Assembly: GCA_963782755.1 (NCBI GenBank)
Contig: CAWAKR010000012.1
Location: forward strand, 14,557-78,556
DNA: 64,000 bases
Source of the DNA: Candidatus Acidiferrales bacterium
Lineage (GTDB): Bacteria > Acidobacteriota > Terriglobia > Acidiferrales > UBA7541
Direction of reading: 5' to 3'
Program-made: the position numbers and the translations under genes
Part shown: positions 38,577 to 49,818 of the stretch, piece by piece
Layout of the letters: every line of letters begins with the position of its first letter
Numbering within the stretch: the first letter of the stretch is position 1
Notes under the pieces: model-generated
The model's input: the letters and a program-made list of their open reading frames with translations, nothing else
The model's database searches: none
Told to the model about the DNA's origin: nothing

Positions 38577-39926
38577 TTACTTGCGGCCGAACGAGTGGTA
38601 GTCGAAACCCAATTCCTGCATGCGCTGCGGTGAATACAGGTTTCTGCCGTCAAGGACCAGGCGGCGCGCCATGAGTTTGCCAGCACGCTCCCAATCGAGA
38701 TCACGAAAAATCTTCCATTCCGTGCAGACCAGAGCAGCATCCACATCTTTCAGGGCCTCATAGGGATCTTCGTGATAGTGGACATTGGGATAAATGGGTT
38801 TGGTCCGCGAAATGGCTTCGGGGTCGGTGGCGTGGACTTCGGCGCCTTCCTCGAGTAAGCGGCGAACAACGTCGAGTGCCGGCGCGAAGCGGATATCGTC
38901 GGTGTTGGCCTTGAAGGCCAGTCCAAGGACGGCAATGCGCTTGCCCTTGATGACCCACAACGCTTTATGGATTTTTTCAAAATAGCGATCGATGCGTTGT
39001 TTGTTGACCCGCTCGGCGGCTTTCAACATTTCAAAATCGACGCCGACGGAGGAAGCAAGGTGGATGAAGGCCTGGATGTCTTTGGGAAAACAGAAGCCAC
39101 CAAAACCCAAGCCAGCCTTGAGAAATTGTGTGCCGATACGAGGATCGAGACCCATGGCGTGGGTGACTTCTTCGACGTCGGCGCCAATGCGTTCGCACAG
39201 ATCGGCAATCACGTTGGCGTAACTGATTTTTAGAGCAAGGAACGAGTTGGAGGCGTGCTTGATGAGTTCGGCGCTACTGATGGTGGTGATAAGCAATTCA
39301 CCGGGATTGTCGGTGGGACACTTCCCCGGGTGTATCGGGCAATGGAATTTCCGCTCGAGAATGGGTGAGTAGACTTCGCGCAGTTTGGCCGCAGAGGCCT
39401 CGTCTTCCACGCCGACTACGATGCGATCCGGATGGAAGAAGTCTCCAACAGCAGTTCCTTCGCGGAGAAATTCAGGGTTGGAAGCGACATGAAATTTGAG
39501 TTTGCCACCGCGTGAATAGGCAGCCAGGGCCTTCTGTAACTGCATGCCGGTGAGAGCGGGAACGGTACTCTTTTCGACGACGAGCTTCGGGGTACTGGCT
39601 TCCAGAGCGATCTGGCGCGCGACATGGTCGATGGCGGAGAGATCTGCCTCGCCGGAGTCTTTCGGGGGAGTGCCAACGCAGATGAAAATGACTTCACCGG
39701 CGCGGATCGCTTCGCCGGCATCGGAAGTGTAGAAGATCTTCTTCTCGGCGACGGCGCGCTTCAGGACTTCGTCGAGGTGCTCCTCGTAGATGGGGACCTT
39801 GCCAGCCTTCAATTGATCGATGCGCTTGGCATCGATATCCGTGCAATAGACTTCGTGGCCGGCGGCCGCCAGGCATGCTCCGGTAACGAGTCCAACGTAA
39901 CCACATCCGATTACTGTTAAACGCAC
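38577..39926 (-). CDS. ugd: UDP-glucose 6-dehydrogenase
   Basis: GTG start after AAAGGAG; GCGYVG, KSTVP, NPEFLREG, GFGGFCFPKD. Confidence 0.9.
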   Translation of the reverse strand: MRLTVIGCGYVGLVTGACLAAAGHEVYCTDIDAKRIDQLKAGKVPIYEEHLDEVLKRAVAEKKIFYTSDAGEAIRAGEVIFICVGTPPKDSGEADLSAIDHVARQIALEASTPKLVVEKSTVPALTGMQLQKALAAYSRGGKLKFHVASNPEFLREGTAVGDFFHPDRIVVGVEDEASAAKLREVYSPILERKFHCPIHPGKCPTDNPGELLITTISSAELIKHASNSFLALKISYANVIADLCERIGADVEEVTHAMGLDPRIGTQFLKAGLGFGGFCFPKDIQAFIHLASSVGVDFEMLKAAERVNKQRIDRYFEKIHKALWVIKGKRIAVLGLAFKANTDDIRFAPALDVVRRLLEEGAEVHATDPEAISRTKPIYPNVHYHEDPYEALKDVDAALVCTEWKIFRDLDWERAGKLMARRLVLDGRNLYSPQRMQELGFDYHSFGRK

Positions 39927-40030
39927 TGTATTACTCCTTTGTGAATCAAAAAGATTAGCAGTTCGGGCGGCGGGGAACCAACTCAACGTACGGCAAGAGT
40001 GAATCAAAAAATGAAACAGACGTTAATACT

Positions 40031-41188
40031 CTATTTTCTACCAAGTAGTAATCCGCGAAGGCCCATCAGCACGAGCCGCGGCTGGCTGCGAACAACGTTC
40101 CACAGCAAGCGCGTAGACTCATCCCGATTGATTTCGCCCAAAGATTCGCGCGTCGAGTCATTGAGCAAGTCAACGAGACGAGAATAATCTTCCTGCTGAA
40201 AATAATGGAGGGCGCGGCGGATCAGCCAGTGAGTGCCCAGTTCGCGACGCAACGCGCGCAATTCGGACTTGCCGTTGCGCAGAATGGCGTCGGCAACGCC
40301 GTGCGCGCCGCGAAAGCCCGTTACGATGCCGCCAACAGTGGAGACTTTGACCTGGGCTGCAGCATCGCCAACCAGATAAACCTCACCGCTACCTACGGTT
40401 CGTTGCACCGGGACCCAACGCTTGTAAACCGGGATTCTGGCGCCTTGCCATTCGAGAGGCTCAAATCCCTTTTTCTCAAGAAAGCGGTCAAAGCGCGCTT
40501 TGGTGGCCTGCCCGTGTTCGCCGATTACGCCCACGGCGGCACGCTCTGAGGATTCGGGAATCATCCAGTAAAAGTAAGGCGTGTCGTCAGGAATAAACCA
40601 GACACGTGTGGTGTCCGGGGGGCAATCCTTCGGCAGTTTGACGACGGCCTGAACCAGCGGAACAGTATCGACTGGTGGCCAACCAGCGGCGCGAGCCACG
40701 CGGCTTGCGGCACCGTCGGCGCCGACTACATGTTGCGCGTGCAGTTCGGCATGGTGGCCCGCCTGGTCGACTTCTACACGGAGGCCATTGCCATTGGGGC
40801 CGAGCCCAAGAAATCGCGTGTCGTATTCGAGTTTGGCACCAGCCTGTTGGGCCTCTTCGGAGAGTGAACGAATCAGACGTGAACGTTCAATGATGAGGTC
40901 TGGTTGTTGAAGAGAAAACTGAGCAGAGCGTCCATTCGTGAACAGCTCAAAACGATTAATTTCATTCAGAATGCAGGATTTTACGTTTGCGCTAACCTGG
41001 TTTTTGAAGTGGTCGGTAACGATCAGGGTGCGAGTATTCGCTTCCAGAGTAGGCCGTGATTCCAGGACGCGAACGGACTTGCCGCCATGGGCGAGGCGAG
41101 CAGCAGCATACAAGCCAGCGGCGGACCCACCCACAACGAGGATTTCCTGATTGTCCCGGCTTGGCCGGTTCGCGTTACCTTTATCCAC
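40031..41188 (-). CDS. FAD-dependent oxidoreductase, geranylgeranyl reductase-like
   Basis: VVGGSAAG, VGADGA.S.VAR, YWMIP, LVGDAA..VK..T.GGI; start uncertain. Confidence 0.72.
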   Translation of the reverse strand: MDKGNANRPSRDNQEILVVGGSAAGLYAAARLAHGGKSVRVLESRPTLEANTRTLIVTDHFKNQVSANVKSCILNEINRFELFTNGRSAQFSLQQPDLIIERSRLIRSLSEEAQQAGAKLEYDTRFLGLGPNGNGLRVEVDQAGHHAELHAQHVVGADGAASRVARAAGWPPVDTVPLVQAVVKLPKDCPPDTTRVWFIPDDTPYFYWMIPESSERAAVGVIGEHGQATKARFDRFLEKKGFEPLEWQGARIPVYKRWVPVQRTVGSGEVYLVGDAAAQVKVSTVGGIVTGFRGAHGVADAILRNGKSELRALRRELGTHWLIRRALHYFQQEDYSRLVDLLNDSTRESLGEINRDESTRLLWNVVRSQPRLVLMGLRGLLLGRK

Positions 41189-41372
41189 CGTTTTCTTCTT
41201 ACCTTCGGAATACGGAATTGAAAATTCGGGCCGAACTAATGCGCGCAAAACAGGGAAACAGGTAGAACTGGCACGCAACCAGTGTCAAAGAGTATAGCCA
41301 AAGCACAGAGGTGGCACAAAACAGCCCGGGCGTGAGATTGGGGAGAATTGTTAGCAAAATTGTTAGAAAGCT

Positions 41373-42431
41373 TCAGCCAGCTACTTTCTTGACCTGGCGT
41401 TCGTAGGGCGCTTTTTCCAGCCACGCGACAGCGAGGAGCATGCAAATCACGATGCCAGCAGTAACCAGGCCCGCCCCCAAGGAGGAAAGGAAGGTGATCA
41501 GGATTGCTGCGCCGCCGCATGCTGCGCCGACCAGGTACATGGTCAGAACGGCTCCACGCTGGCCGAATCCGAGATTCGCGAGTCGATGCGCTGAATGGTC
41601 TTTACCGGGGGTGGCAAAGGGAAGCAATCCGCGACGCGACCGAGAAATGGTGACGAGGGTCGTGTCGAAGATCGTCGCGCTGAGAATAAGGACAGGGGCA
41701 AGTATGTTGGCCAGAGGAGTGGCGTATTCAATTCTTAATTTGAGAGCGAGAGTGGCCATCAAGAAGCCAAGGAACATGGCTCCGCCGTCACCCATGAAGA
41801 TTTTGGCGGGCTTGAAATTCCAGCGAAGAAAACCCGCAGCGCCGCCAAGGACGGCTGCAGCGAGAGTAGTAACCAGAGTCTGGCCACTCATGTAGGCCAG
41901 CAGAGCGAAGAAGACCGCCGCCATCGCGGCGACGCCGGCGCATAAACCGTCCATATGATCGAGGATGCTGAAGGAGGCGGTGATTCCCACAACCCAAAGG
42001 ATCGTAAGCGCCGCATCGAGCCAGTAGCCGGAGCGGCCCCCGACGAACGCGCTAAAAATCTGAGCATGAATGCCGGAGCCCAGAAGGATGACAGCGGCCA
42101 AAGGCATGGCGACGAATAGCTTGAGCTGATGGTGCAGCCACCCGCGGTCGTCCAGGAAGCCAACAAAAGCCACCAGCGTGGCTCCAGTCACAATGCCAAT
42201 GCTCTGGGCGCGCGCGGGACCGTCGAAGGCAAACAGGATGCCCAGCATGACGCCAGCATACATGGCCAAGCCACCAAGAAGCGGGATGGGTTTTAGATGG
42301 ACTTTACGGGGACCGGGGAGATCCACCATACCTACGCGGATAGCCAATGCACGCACGGGTACAACCAGGAGTAACGATGCTGACGAAGCGACAAGAAAAG
42401 CCAGCAGGCCCGCACTCATAAACGCCCTCAT
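41373..42431 (-). CDS. MraY/WecA/TagO family polyprenyl-phosphate HexNAc-1-P transferase
   Basis: RKVH..PIPLLGG, GFLDD, DHMDGL, KIFMGDGG; multi-TM. Confidence 0.88.
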   Translation of the reverse strand: MRAFMSAGLLAFLVASSASLLLVVPVRALAIRVGMVDLPGPRKVHLKPIPLLGGLAMYAGVMLGILFAFDGPARAQSIGIVTGATLVAFVGFLDDRGWLHHQLKLFVAMPLAAVILLGSGIHAQIFSAFVGGRSGYWLDAALTILWVVGITASFSILDHMDGLCAGVAAMAAVFFALLAYMSGQTLVTTLAAAVLGGAAGFLRWNFKPAKIFMGDGGAMFLGFLMATLALKLRIEYATPLANILAPVLILSATIFDTTLVTISRSRRGLLPFATPGKDHSAHRLANLGFGQRGAVLTMYLVGAACGGAAILITFLSSLGAGLVTAGIVICMLLAVAWLEKAPYERQVKKVAG

Positions 42432-42749
42432 TGCTCGTTCTGACGGAACCAGCCCGGGCGAGACGGCTAGCACGTATACAGAGACGTTGCCGGTTTGGGA
42501 TCCGGCTCCCAAGTCTGAAGCTAGAAAAGCGGTAGAGAGATACCGCCGAGGCTGCCCCACGCAGCCCCAATACGATAACGCGAAACGCGACATTGCGCCA
42601 GTGTGATTTGGCGAAGAAACCGCTAGAGTAATCTATGTAGTAATCCCCTGCTATTTATAGATATATAACGCCAGTCAATCTGGCGAGTTGATGCCGCGCG
42701 CAGAAAGAGTTTTGTTCCTACGCGCAGATGAGCGGGTTGGCTGGAGCGG

Positions 42750-43957
42750 TTACTTCTGAGCTGCTCGTTCTATGATCGTCACCAGTTTGCGCAGTTCCCC
42801 GGAACGTTCAAATCGAGGCGCTGCGGCAGAGGCCGCCGTGGCCATCTGCTTCAGCCTCTGTGGGTCGCAAGCAATCTGGCGCACGGCATCAACAAATGCG
42901 GCCGGGTCATCCGGGTCGGCCGCGAGAGCGAAGCCCTGATTCACCCCGAGTGAGACGACATCGCATTCTCGTGGGGCGACAGCGATGATCGGCTTGCCGG
43001 CCGCGAGGATCCCGTACATCTTGCTGGGCACGACGACGCCCTCCAGACCGCGCTTCACGGTGATTAAGTGGGCGTCGGCAGCCGCAAGGACTGATGGGAT
43101 TTTGCTGCCCGGGAAAAAGGGAAGGAAACGGACATTGGGGATATCTTTTGCGGCAGCGCTCAGAGAATCACGTTGGGCGCCTTCGCCGACGAAGACCAGG
43201 CCGACGCCTTCCTCAGAGAGCTGTCTGGCACCAGCCAGAAGCGTGTCCCACGCGCCATAGAAGCCGAGATTCCCGGCATGAAGTAGCACGAAGCGGAAGT
43301 TGCCGCGAATGGCGTGAATGACAGCTTGATCGAGAGTGGGAGCTGGAGCATCCGGCGAGGGCAACTCGGCACCGTCGCGCACGACGGAGATATTCGCGAG
43401 GGGTATGCCCTTAGAGACTGATGCGGTTGCGCATATCTTCGCCAAGAACGACAACGCGAGTGGCCCGGCGAAGCGCCCAGCGATGGAGTCGTCTCCCAGG
43501 TGCGGGAAAGCAGGCCAGGCCGGACGATCGAGCCGCCAACGGCCATGTCGGGATACATGTCGCGAATGTTGTAGACGAAGGGCTTTCGTTTGAGGGCGGC
43601 GATGAAGGCGCCAACGATGCCTTCGAAAGGTGGATCGGTCATAGGCAAGGATAACGTCGCAAGGGATGAAGAGAGAGCGAGGAACAGCGAGCAAGACGTA
43701 GGAAAGATAATTGAAGACACGCTTCTTCATCTGAAGACGGGGATAATCCGTGGACCCGACTCTAATGATTCGGACGCGACCGCTTGTTTCCGATTGGGAG
43801 ATGCGCCAAGGCCGCCGTTCGGTGGGGTCGTAGGAAGGCCGGCCGCAGAGGACGGTAACATCGTGGCGGGATGAGAGGGCATCGACGACAGTCTGTGCCA
43901 TTTTCGCGGTGGCAGAAGTATCCGGTGGAAAGTAGAGATTTAAAAGGAGAATGCGCA
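42750..43957 (-). CDS. Glycosyltransferase family 4, WcaI-like (three +1 insertions near 43643, 43492 and 43419 that together restore frame)
   Basis: LNLYFPPD; MTDPP and YNIRDMYPD in a shifted frame; HAGNLG, VVPSKMYGILAAGKP. Confidence 0.83.
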
Positions 43958-44150
43958 CCGATTCAGTGTACAGGGATAGAAAAAGCAAATGAAGCAGAGG
44001 TGCACGAATAGAACTGCAATTTAGACAATGAAAGGGCGAGCCAAACGGAAAATTGCGGACAGTTGGACCAAAACTGTTCGGACGGGCAGTTTCGCACTGA
44101 CGAGCGTCCATTTAGCTTGAGAGCATCCAAAACCAGCTGGGGAGGTTCAA

Positions 44151-44636
44151 ATGCTCCGAAACGAGCGTGGGAGAAAAGCACTTTTCGCCGTTGGAATCGT
44201 AGTGTGCCTGGCAGCCGTCGGGATGCATGCGCAGCCGGCACCATTGCCGCAGGCGGTTATGAATGCGCATAGCGTTTTCATCGAGAATGAAACTGGATTT
44301 GTGGAACTGCAGTACACGGCCGTGCTGGAACTGAGCAAGTGGGGCCACTTTCAACAGGCAGAGAACCGAGAGAAGGCAGACCTGGTGCTGGTGCTCAGCA
44401 GCGGAACACATGTTCATGCGATACCTGACGGGCAATATCCGCGGACGACGGGCCTAAATGCCTTCACCGAGGAAGCGGTGCCGCCCGGCCATACGAAGAT
44501 TGCGCTTGTTGATCCGAAGAGCGGAACCACGCTGTGGAGCAGCTTTCACAAGACGGAAGGCGCAAAAGTGAAGGGCGGGCACTTGCTGGATGAATTGAGA
44601 CAGGCTTATGAGGAAACCGAAAAGGGAAAGAAATAA
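44151..44636 (+). CDS. Hypothetical secreted protein
   Basis: GGGAGG RBS; signal peptide; 161 aa. Confidence 0.65.
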   Translation: MLRNERGRKALFAVGIVVCLAAVGMHAQPAPLPQAVMNAHSVFIENETGFVELQYTAVLELSKWGHFQQAENREKADLVLVLSSGTHVHAIPDGQYPRTTGLNAFTEEAVPPGHTKIALVDPKSGTTLWSSFHKTEGAKVKGGHLLDELRQAYEETEKGKK

Positions 44637-44797
44637 CGAAAAGGCCAGTCAAGATTAGGATTTTGTGAATTGGACGAGGAGCGCAGCCGTCAGGCGCTCC
44701 TTCGTCATTGGCGGGGAGAAAACATTCTGTTATAGATAGGCCTGAGAAGATATTAGTAGTTTTCTGAACGAGCTCGCTCCAGAACGAAGGCCGCATC

Positions 44798-45220
44798 ATG
44801 GAAGTCACGGTGGAACATATTGGTTCAGTGCAGTTTGAAATCAAAACGCGAGGACATTCGATTATCAGCGACCAGCCGGTCAATGCGGGGGGATTCGACG
44901 AAGGCATGACGCCACCGGAGTTGCTGCTCGCCTCGTTGGGATCGTGTGCGGGCTACTACGCGGCGGAATATCTACGCAAGAACAGGTTGGCGACGGAAGG
45001 TACGCGCGTAAAGGTGAGTTGTGAGAAAGTGACCAAGCCGTCGGCGCGAATGACGGATTTCGTGATTGAGGTGAATGCGCCAGTCGAGCTGAATCAGGTT
45101 CAACTGAAAGGCATGGAGGCGGCCGTGGAGCATTGCCTGGTACACAACACCTTATTGAATTCGCCAAAGATTTCGATCAAGACCGCGGCCCTGCAGATGG
45201 CCATGAGTTCGAAAGGCTAG
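44798..45220 (+). CDS. OsmC family protein
   Basis: DQP...GG.D.G.TPPELLLASLGSC...CLVHNTL. Confidence 0.87.
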   Translation: MEVTVEHIGSVQFEIKTRGHSIISDQPVNAGGFDEGMTPPELLLASLGSCAGYYAAEYLRKNRLATEGTRVKVSCEKVTKPSARMTDFVIEVNAPVELNQVQLKGMEAAVEHCLVHNTLLNSPKISIKTAALQMAMSSKG

Positions 45221-46044
45221 CCTCTGAGCATTTTGCCGAGGAGTTCTTTCAGGATTTTGGCTGCGACGATAGCGGTTAGTCCGGACGAATCTCGAGCGGG
45301 ATTGAATTCAACAAGATCGGCACCGATGATGGGCGCGGGTAGCGCGTGCAGGTAGCGAATTGCTTCGCGGGTCGTGAGGCCGCCGGGTTCCCAATGGGAA
45401 ATGCCGGGCGCGAATGCCGGATCCAAAACGTCGAGATCGAATGATATATAGAGCGGGCCGGTTAGTTTAAGCGCCGCGGGATCCGGCAGATTTCTCATTT
45501 CGAAGATTTCCACTCCATATTTTTCTGCTTGCGAGCGTTGATGATCGTTTAGTGTGCGAATGCCGATCTGCACGAGACGCTGAACCAGTTTGTCTTCGCA
45601 GATGCGCGCAAAGGGGCTGGCGTGAGAGTGAGGATTGCCTTCGTAATCAGCGTAGAGATCAGGATGCGCATCGAAATGAACTAAGGTAATGCCTGGGATG
45701 CGTTTGCCAATGGCGCGAAGAACCGGATATGTGACGGAGTGATCGCCGCCTAAACTGAGCGGACGCTTTTTGTTTTCGACAATTTGTGCGATGGCGGATT
45801 CTATGCGCGTGTACGCGTCGGGCGCTTCCATGTCCTGCAAGTCACCAGCATCTTCAAAAGATCCGGGAATGCCGAGATTGACACCGGTCTCGGTCCAGGA
45901 ATTCCACGCGTCACTGCGAAGCGCGTCGCGAAGGAGCGGCGGAGCCTGGGCGGGGCCGCGAAGGAACGACGAGTTGTGATCGAGCGGAATGCCAAGGAGC
46001 ACAGGGACGCCCCATGGATGAAAAGTGGGTGCAGGCACGTTCAT
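45217..46044 (-). CDS. speB: Agmatinase / ureohydrolase
   Basis: GGDHS, DAHPD, SFDLDVLDP, VEFNP; ATG overlaps the upstream TGA (ATGA). Confidence 0.82.
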   Translation of the reverse strand: MNVPAPTFHPWGVPVLLGIPLDHNSSFLRGPAQAPPLLRDALRSDAWNSWTETGVNLGIPGSFEDAGDLQDMEAPDAYTRIESAIAQIVENKKRPLSLGGDHSVTYPVLRAIGKRIPGITLVHFDAHPDLYADYEGNPHSHASPFARICEDKLVQRLVQIGIRTLNDHQRSQAEKYGVEIFEMRNLPDPAALKLTGPLYISFDLDVLDPAFAPGISHWEPGGLTTREAIRYLHALPAPIIGADLVEFNPARDSSGLTAIVAAKILKELLGKMLRG

Positions 46045-47792
46045 TGGCGCGTGATCAGAAAATTGCCGAGAACCAGTGCGTCCATTTTTGTGCGCAGGAA
46101 GCAGTCGAGGGCTTCCTGTGGGCGACAAACGATGGGTTCGTTGTCGTTGAAGGAAGTGTTTAAGACAACGGGAACGCCAGTCTGGCGCTCAAACTCCGTG
46201 ATCAGCGCATGATAGCGCGGGTTGGCATCTGCGGTAACGGTTTGCAGGCGGCCGGTGCCGTCGACGTGGGTTGGAGCGGGAATTTTGTCGCGCTTGTCGG
46301 GCAAAACGGAATAAGCGAGGGTCATGAAGGGGGAGGGGTGCGATTTGGAAAACCACTGGCCGGTCTTTTCGGCCAGGATGGAGGGAGCGAACGGCCGGAA
46401 GATTTCGCGATGCTTGATACGACTGTTCAGGATTTCCTTCATCTCGGGGCGACGGGGATCGGCGACGATGCTGCGATTGCCGAGCGCGCGGGGACCCCAT
46501 TCGGCGCGACCTTGATACCAGCCAAGTATTTTGGCGTCAGCGATGATAGAGGCGGTATGGCGCATCAAAGCGTCGTCGGAAAGTTCCGCGATGGAAAAAC
46601 CACCTTGTGAAGCGGCACTTTCCTGAATGGCTGCGCGAACTTCCGCAGTGGAGTAGGAAGGGCCCCAGTAGGCATGCTTCATTTCAAAGGAGCGCGGCTT
46701 GCCAAGGGTTTGATGCCAGACGTGATAGGCCGCGCCAACGGCGAGCCCGGCATCGCCTGCAGCGGGATGGACGTAGACCTGTTCAAAGGGCGTAGAATCG
46801 AAAATCTTCCCGTTGGCAACGCAATTGAAGGCCACACCACCTGCAAGGCAGACAGCCTTCGCTCCCGTTTTCGCAGCCAACTTCTTGAGCATTCCCAGAT
46901 AAACTTCTTCGAGACGAGCCTGCAGCGATGCTGCGAGATCGCGGTGACGCTGCTCGAGCGGTTCGTCGGGTTGGCGAGCCGGTGCGCCAAGTTTTTTGGA
47001 CAACGCATCGGAAAACATTTTGCCAAGGACGGGAGTTTTGTCGGAATCCGCCCAGGACATTTCCGGGCCTGTTTTGTGATGCGTGAAATATTCGAGGCCG
47101 AGCCGAAAGCCGAATTCGCCACCGTTGGGGCTAAAGCGAACGATATCGCGGAACGCCTCGGTATGACGCGGCTCTCCATACGCGCCGAGGCCCATCACTT
47201 TGTACTCATCGCCAAATTTCAAGAAGCCGAGATATTGCGTAACCGCGCTGTAGTAGAGACCTAGCGAATGAGGGAAAGCGATGGAACCGTCAATGCGCAG
47301 GCGATTGCCGCGGCCAACGCCCCACATGGAGCTGGCGAAGTCGCCAAGGCCGTCGGCAGATAAGAGCGCTGCATCTTCAAAGGGAGAAACAAAATAGCTG
47401 CTGGCCAGATGCGCTTGATGATGTTCGACGCGGTGAAAAGTGGCCCTGAGCTTGGCGGGGTCGCTATCAAACGCCCAAGCCAGCGCGGCTGGGATGCCGG
47501 TGAATTTAGACAGGACCTTGGCGCGTTCACGGGCGAAGGAAGGCATGCGCACAGCATAGAAAAGCTTTGTGGCCAGGCGAGCGTAGGGGTTGCGCGGGAC
47601 GGCAACGTGATCGATGTCGGAGAGGGTAATGCCCGCTTCCTGGAGGCAATAACGAATTGCGGCTGCCGGGAATCCAGCGGCGTATTTGACGCGGTTGAAG
47701 CGTTCTTCCTCGACGGCGGCGATGAGTTTGCCGTCGCAAACAAGTGCGGCCGAGGCGTTGCCGTGGTACGCGTTGATACCGAGAATATTCAT
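46041..47792 (-). CDS. O-carbamoyltransferase (NodU/CmcH/TobZ family)
   Basis: EEERFNR.K, EHHQAH, EYKVMGL, AGDAG, GPRALGNRS, LNTSFN. Confidence 0.92.
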   Translation of the reverse strand: MNILGINAYHGNASAALVCDGKLIAAVEEERFNRVKYAAGFPAAAIRYCLQEAGITLSDIDHVAVPRNPYARLATKLFYAVRMPSFARERAKVLSKFTGIPAALAWAFDSDPAKLRATFHRVEHHQAHLASSYFVSPFEDAALLSADGLGDFASSMWGVGRGNRLRIDGSIAFPHSLGLYYSAVTQYLGFLKFGDEYKVMGLGAYGEPRHTEAFRDIVRFSPNGGEFGFRLGLEYFTHHKTGPEMSWADSDKTPVLGKMFSDALSKKLGAPARQPDEPLEQRHRDLAASLQARLEEVYLGMLKKLAAKTGAKAVCLAGGVAFNCVANGKIFDSTPFEQVYVHPAAGDAGLAVGAAYHVWHQTLGKPRSFEMKHAYWGPSYSTAEVRAAIQESAASQGGFSIAELSDDALMRHTASIIADAKILGWYQGRAEWGPRALGNRSIVADPRRPEMKEILNSRIKHREIFRPFAPSILAEKTGQWFSKSHPSPFMTLAYSVLPDKRDKIPAPTHVDGTGRLQTVTADANPRYHALITEFERQTGVPVVLNTSFNDNEPIVCRPQEALDCFLRTKMDALVLGNFLITRQ

Positions 47793-47858
47793 AGTGCGTT
47801 ACGAGCTTACCTTAAAGTAACAAATTTAGCGGCGTTGGGTCGTGCTCGGCGCCAGGCA

Positions 47859-49814
47859 TCAAGATAGATGTTGCCGGCACCATTCATTGAGCACGTAGAG
47901 CGACCATGGGCGGGACCAGGTAGTTTGAGCGTGCAAAAAATTATCCCATACACTGCGAACCCCTGCAGCATGCAAATGATCGGCGAGAGCAGGCGCGAGA
48001 TTGGAAAAGCTGGCTTCCAGTTTCGGGCGGAGCGAAGCGCGCAGCCACTCTTCCCAAGGCAGTGTGAAGGTACGTTTTTGTTGCTGCAGGATTTCGGGCG
48101 GAAGCAATCCATCGAGCGCCTTTAAAAGGAGCGCTTTCTTCTGATTTGGCCGCACGCGCGCAGCATCAGGCAGTGCGCACATGAATTCCACCAGTGGCGT
48201 GTCGAGAAATGGGACACGAACCTCGAGAGAACGAGCCATGCTGACGGAATCGGTGTCCCGCAAGAGGGTGCTGTTCATGTAAGTGCGCAGTTCCAGCCAG
48301 GAGATTCCGGCGAGAGGTTCCATGGGGCGTGCCTGATCCGCAACTCGTTCCAGCCAGGCAAGCCACGTTGGATCGAGCGAAGCGCCATCGGGGCCGATGC
48401 GGCTGCTGTGAAAGAGAGGATCGATCAGGCGATGGAGATCAGAGGGTGGAAAGAGCAGTCGTGTGAAAAAGTACGGATGAGGAAAAACGTCGGGCATATT
48501 CCATGCGTCAGAGATTTTTTTTGCAGCGTCGGGAGCATTGCCGCGAGCAAACAAAGTATTCAGCAATGGAGAGCTTGCACGTCGAACAGGGCTGGGGAGC
48601 ACACGAGAAATCCAATCGAGCCGTGCCAGTTTTCGGGTATCGGAAAAAGTGGGGTAGCCGGCAAAGAGTTCATCGCCGCCAAGCCCGGAGAGAGCTACCT
48701 TCAGGCCGACTTCGCGAGCGGCCCAGGAAACAAAGTAGGTATTGATGCCATCCATGGAAGGCTGATCGAGGGCGGAGACAGCTTCGTCGAGCCTGTCCAG
48801 CATGTCGGAACCGCGCATGGGGATTTCAGTGTGGGATGTTCCGGTGTGTTCGGCAACGAGACGCGCCATGGGGGCTTCGTCGTACGCCGTGTCTGGGAAT
48901 GAAAGCGTGAAGCTCTGGATGCCGTGTTGCGCACGGGCGGCAAGTGCAGCGATGGCGCTGGAATCGAGACCGCTGGAGAGAAACAGGCCCACAGGAACAT
49001 CGGCGATGAGGTGGGCACGAATGGAGTCGTCGAGCAGTTTCGGTAGTTTTTGCGAGGCGGCCGCAAAAGTCCGTGGACGCTGATGATCAAGCGCGGCAGG
49101 TGAGCGAGTGGGATCCCACCAAGGACGAGGGCGAGGCGTGCGGCGACGGTCCGGAAGATGCAGGAGGAGGCGGTGTCCCGCCGGGACTGAAAAGACTGTT
49201 TCGATCAGAGTGTCGGGCTCGGAGACGCTGCCGAAGAGAAGATAAGAGGTCAGTGCGTCGAGAGAAAGTTTGCGGGGAACGATGCCCGAAGCCAGAATGG
49301 CACGCACCTCTGAAGCGAAACAGAAACCCTCCGAAGTTTGTGCGTAGTAGAGAGGCTTGATTCCCAGGGGATCGCGGGCCAGGAACAGCAAGGGAACCGT
49401 GGCGTAATGATTCCGGAGATCGAGAAGGGCAAACGCAAACATGCCGCGCAGTTCGTGAAGGAGGTCTTCACCCCACTCCTCCCAACCGTGCACGAGAATT
49501 TCCGTGTCGGATTTAGTGGTGAAGTGGTGGCCGGCAAGGGAGAGCCGCTGACGAAGTTCGCGGTAATTGTATAGCTCGCCGTTAAAGACCACGCAGACGT
49601 TGCGAGTTTCATTCCAGATAGGTTGATGACCGCCGGGCAGGTCGATGATGCTGAGCCGGCGCATGCCGAGAGATGTGCCTGGAGAACGCGAATCGTTGGA
49701 GAAAAAACCCGCTTCATCGGGACCACGGTGGAGCATTGCCGCGGCCATGGAATGAACAAACGAATCAGCAAGAGAAGCGGAAGGCGCGTTGGCGAAGCCA
49801 CAGATGCCGCACAC
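47859..49814 (-). CDS. asnB: Asparagine synthase (glutamine-hydrolysing) family amidotransferase
   Basis: N-terminal (M)CGICG, HRGPD, RRLSIID, FNGELYN, SSGLDS, SGLGGDE, LEVRVPFLD. Confidence 0.9.
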   Translation of the reverse strand: MCGICGFANAPSASLADSFVHSMAAAMLHRGPDEAGFFSNDSRSPGTSLGMRRLSIIDLPGGHQPIWNETRNVCVVFNGELYNYRELRQRLSLAGHHFTTKSDTEILVHGWEEWGEDLLHELRGMFAFALLDLRNHYATVPLLFLARDPLGIKPLYYAQTSEGFCFASEVRAILASGIVPRKLSLDALTSYLLFGSVSEPDTLIETVFSVPAGHRLLLHLPDRRRTPRPRPWWDPTRSPAALDHQRPRTFAAASQKLPKLLDDSIRAHLIADVPVGLFLSSGLDSSAIAALAARAQHGIQSFTLSFPDTAYDEAPMARLVAEHTGTSHTEIPMRGSDMLDRLDEAVSALDQPSMDGINTYFVSWAAREVGLKVALSGLGGDELFAGYPTFSDTRKLARLDWISRVLPSPVRRASSPLLNTLFARGNAPDAAKKISDAWNMPDVFPHPYFFTRLLFPPSDLHRLIDPLFHSSRIGPDGASLDPTWLAWLERVADQARPMEPLAGISWLELRTYMNSTLLRDTDSVSMARSLEVRVPFLDTPLVEFMCALPDAARVRPNQKKALLLKALDGLLPPEILQQQKRTFTLPWEEWLRASLRPKLEASFSNLAPALADHLHAAGVRSVWDNFLHAQTTWSRPWSLYVLNEWCRQHLS

Positions 49815-49818
49815 GCCG

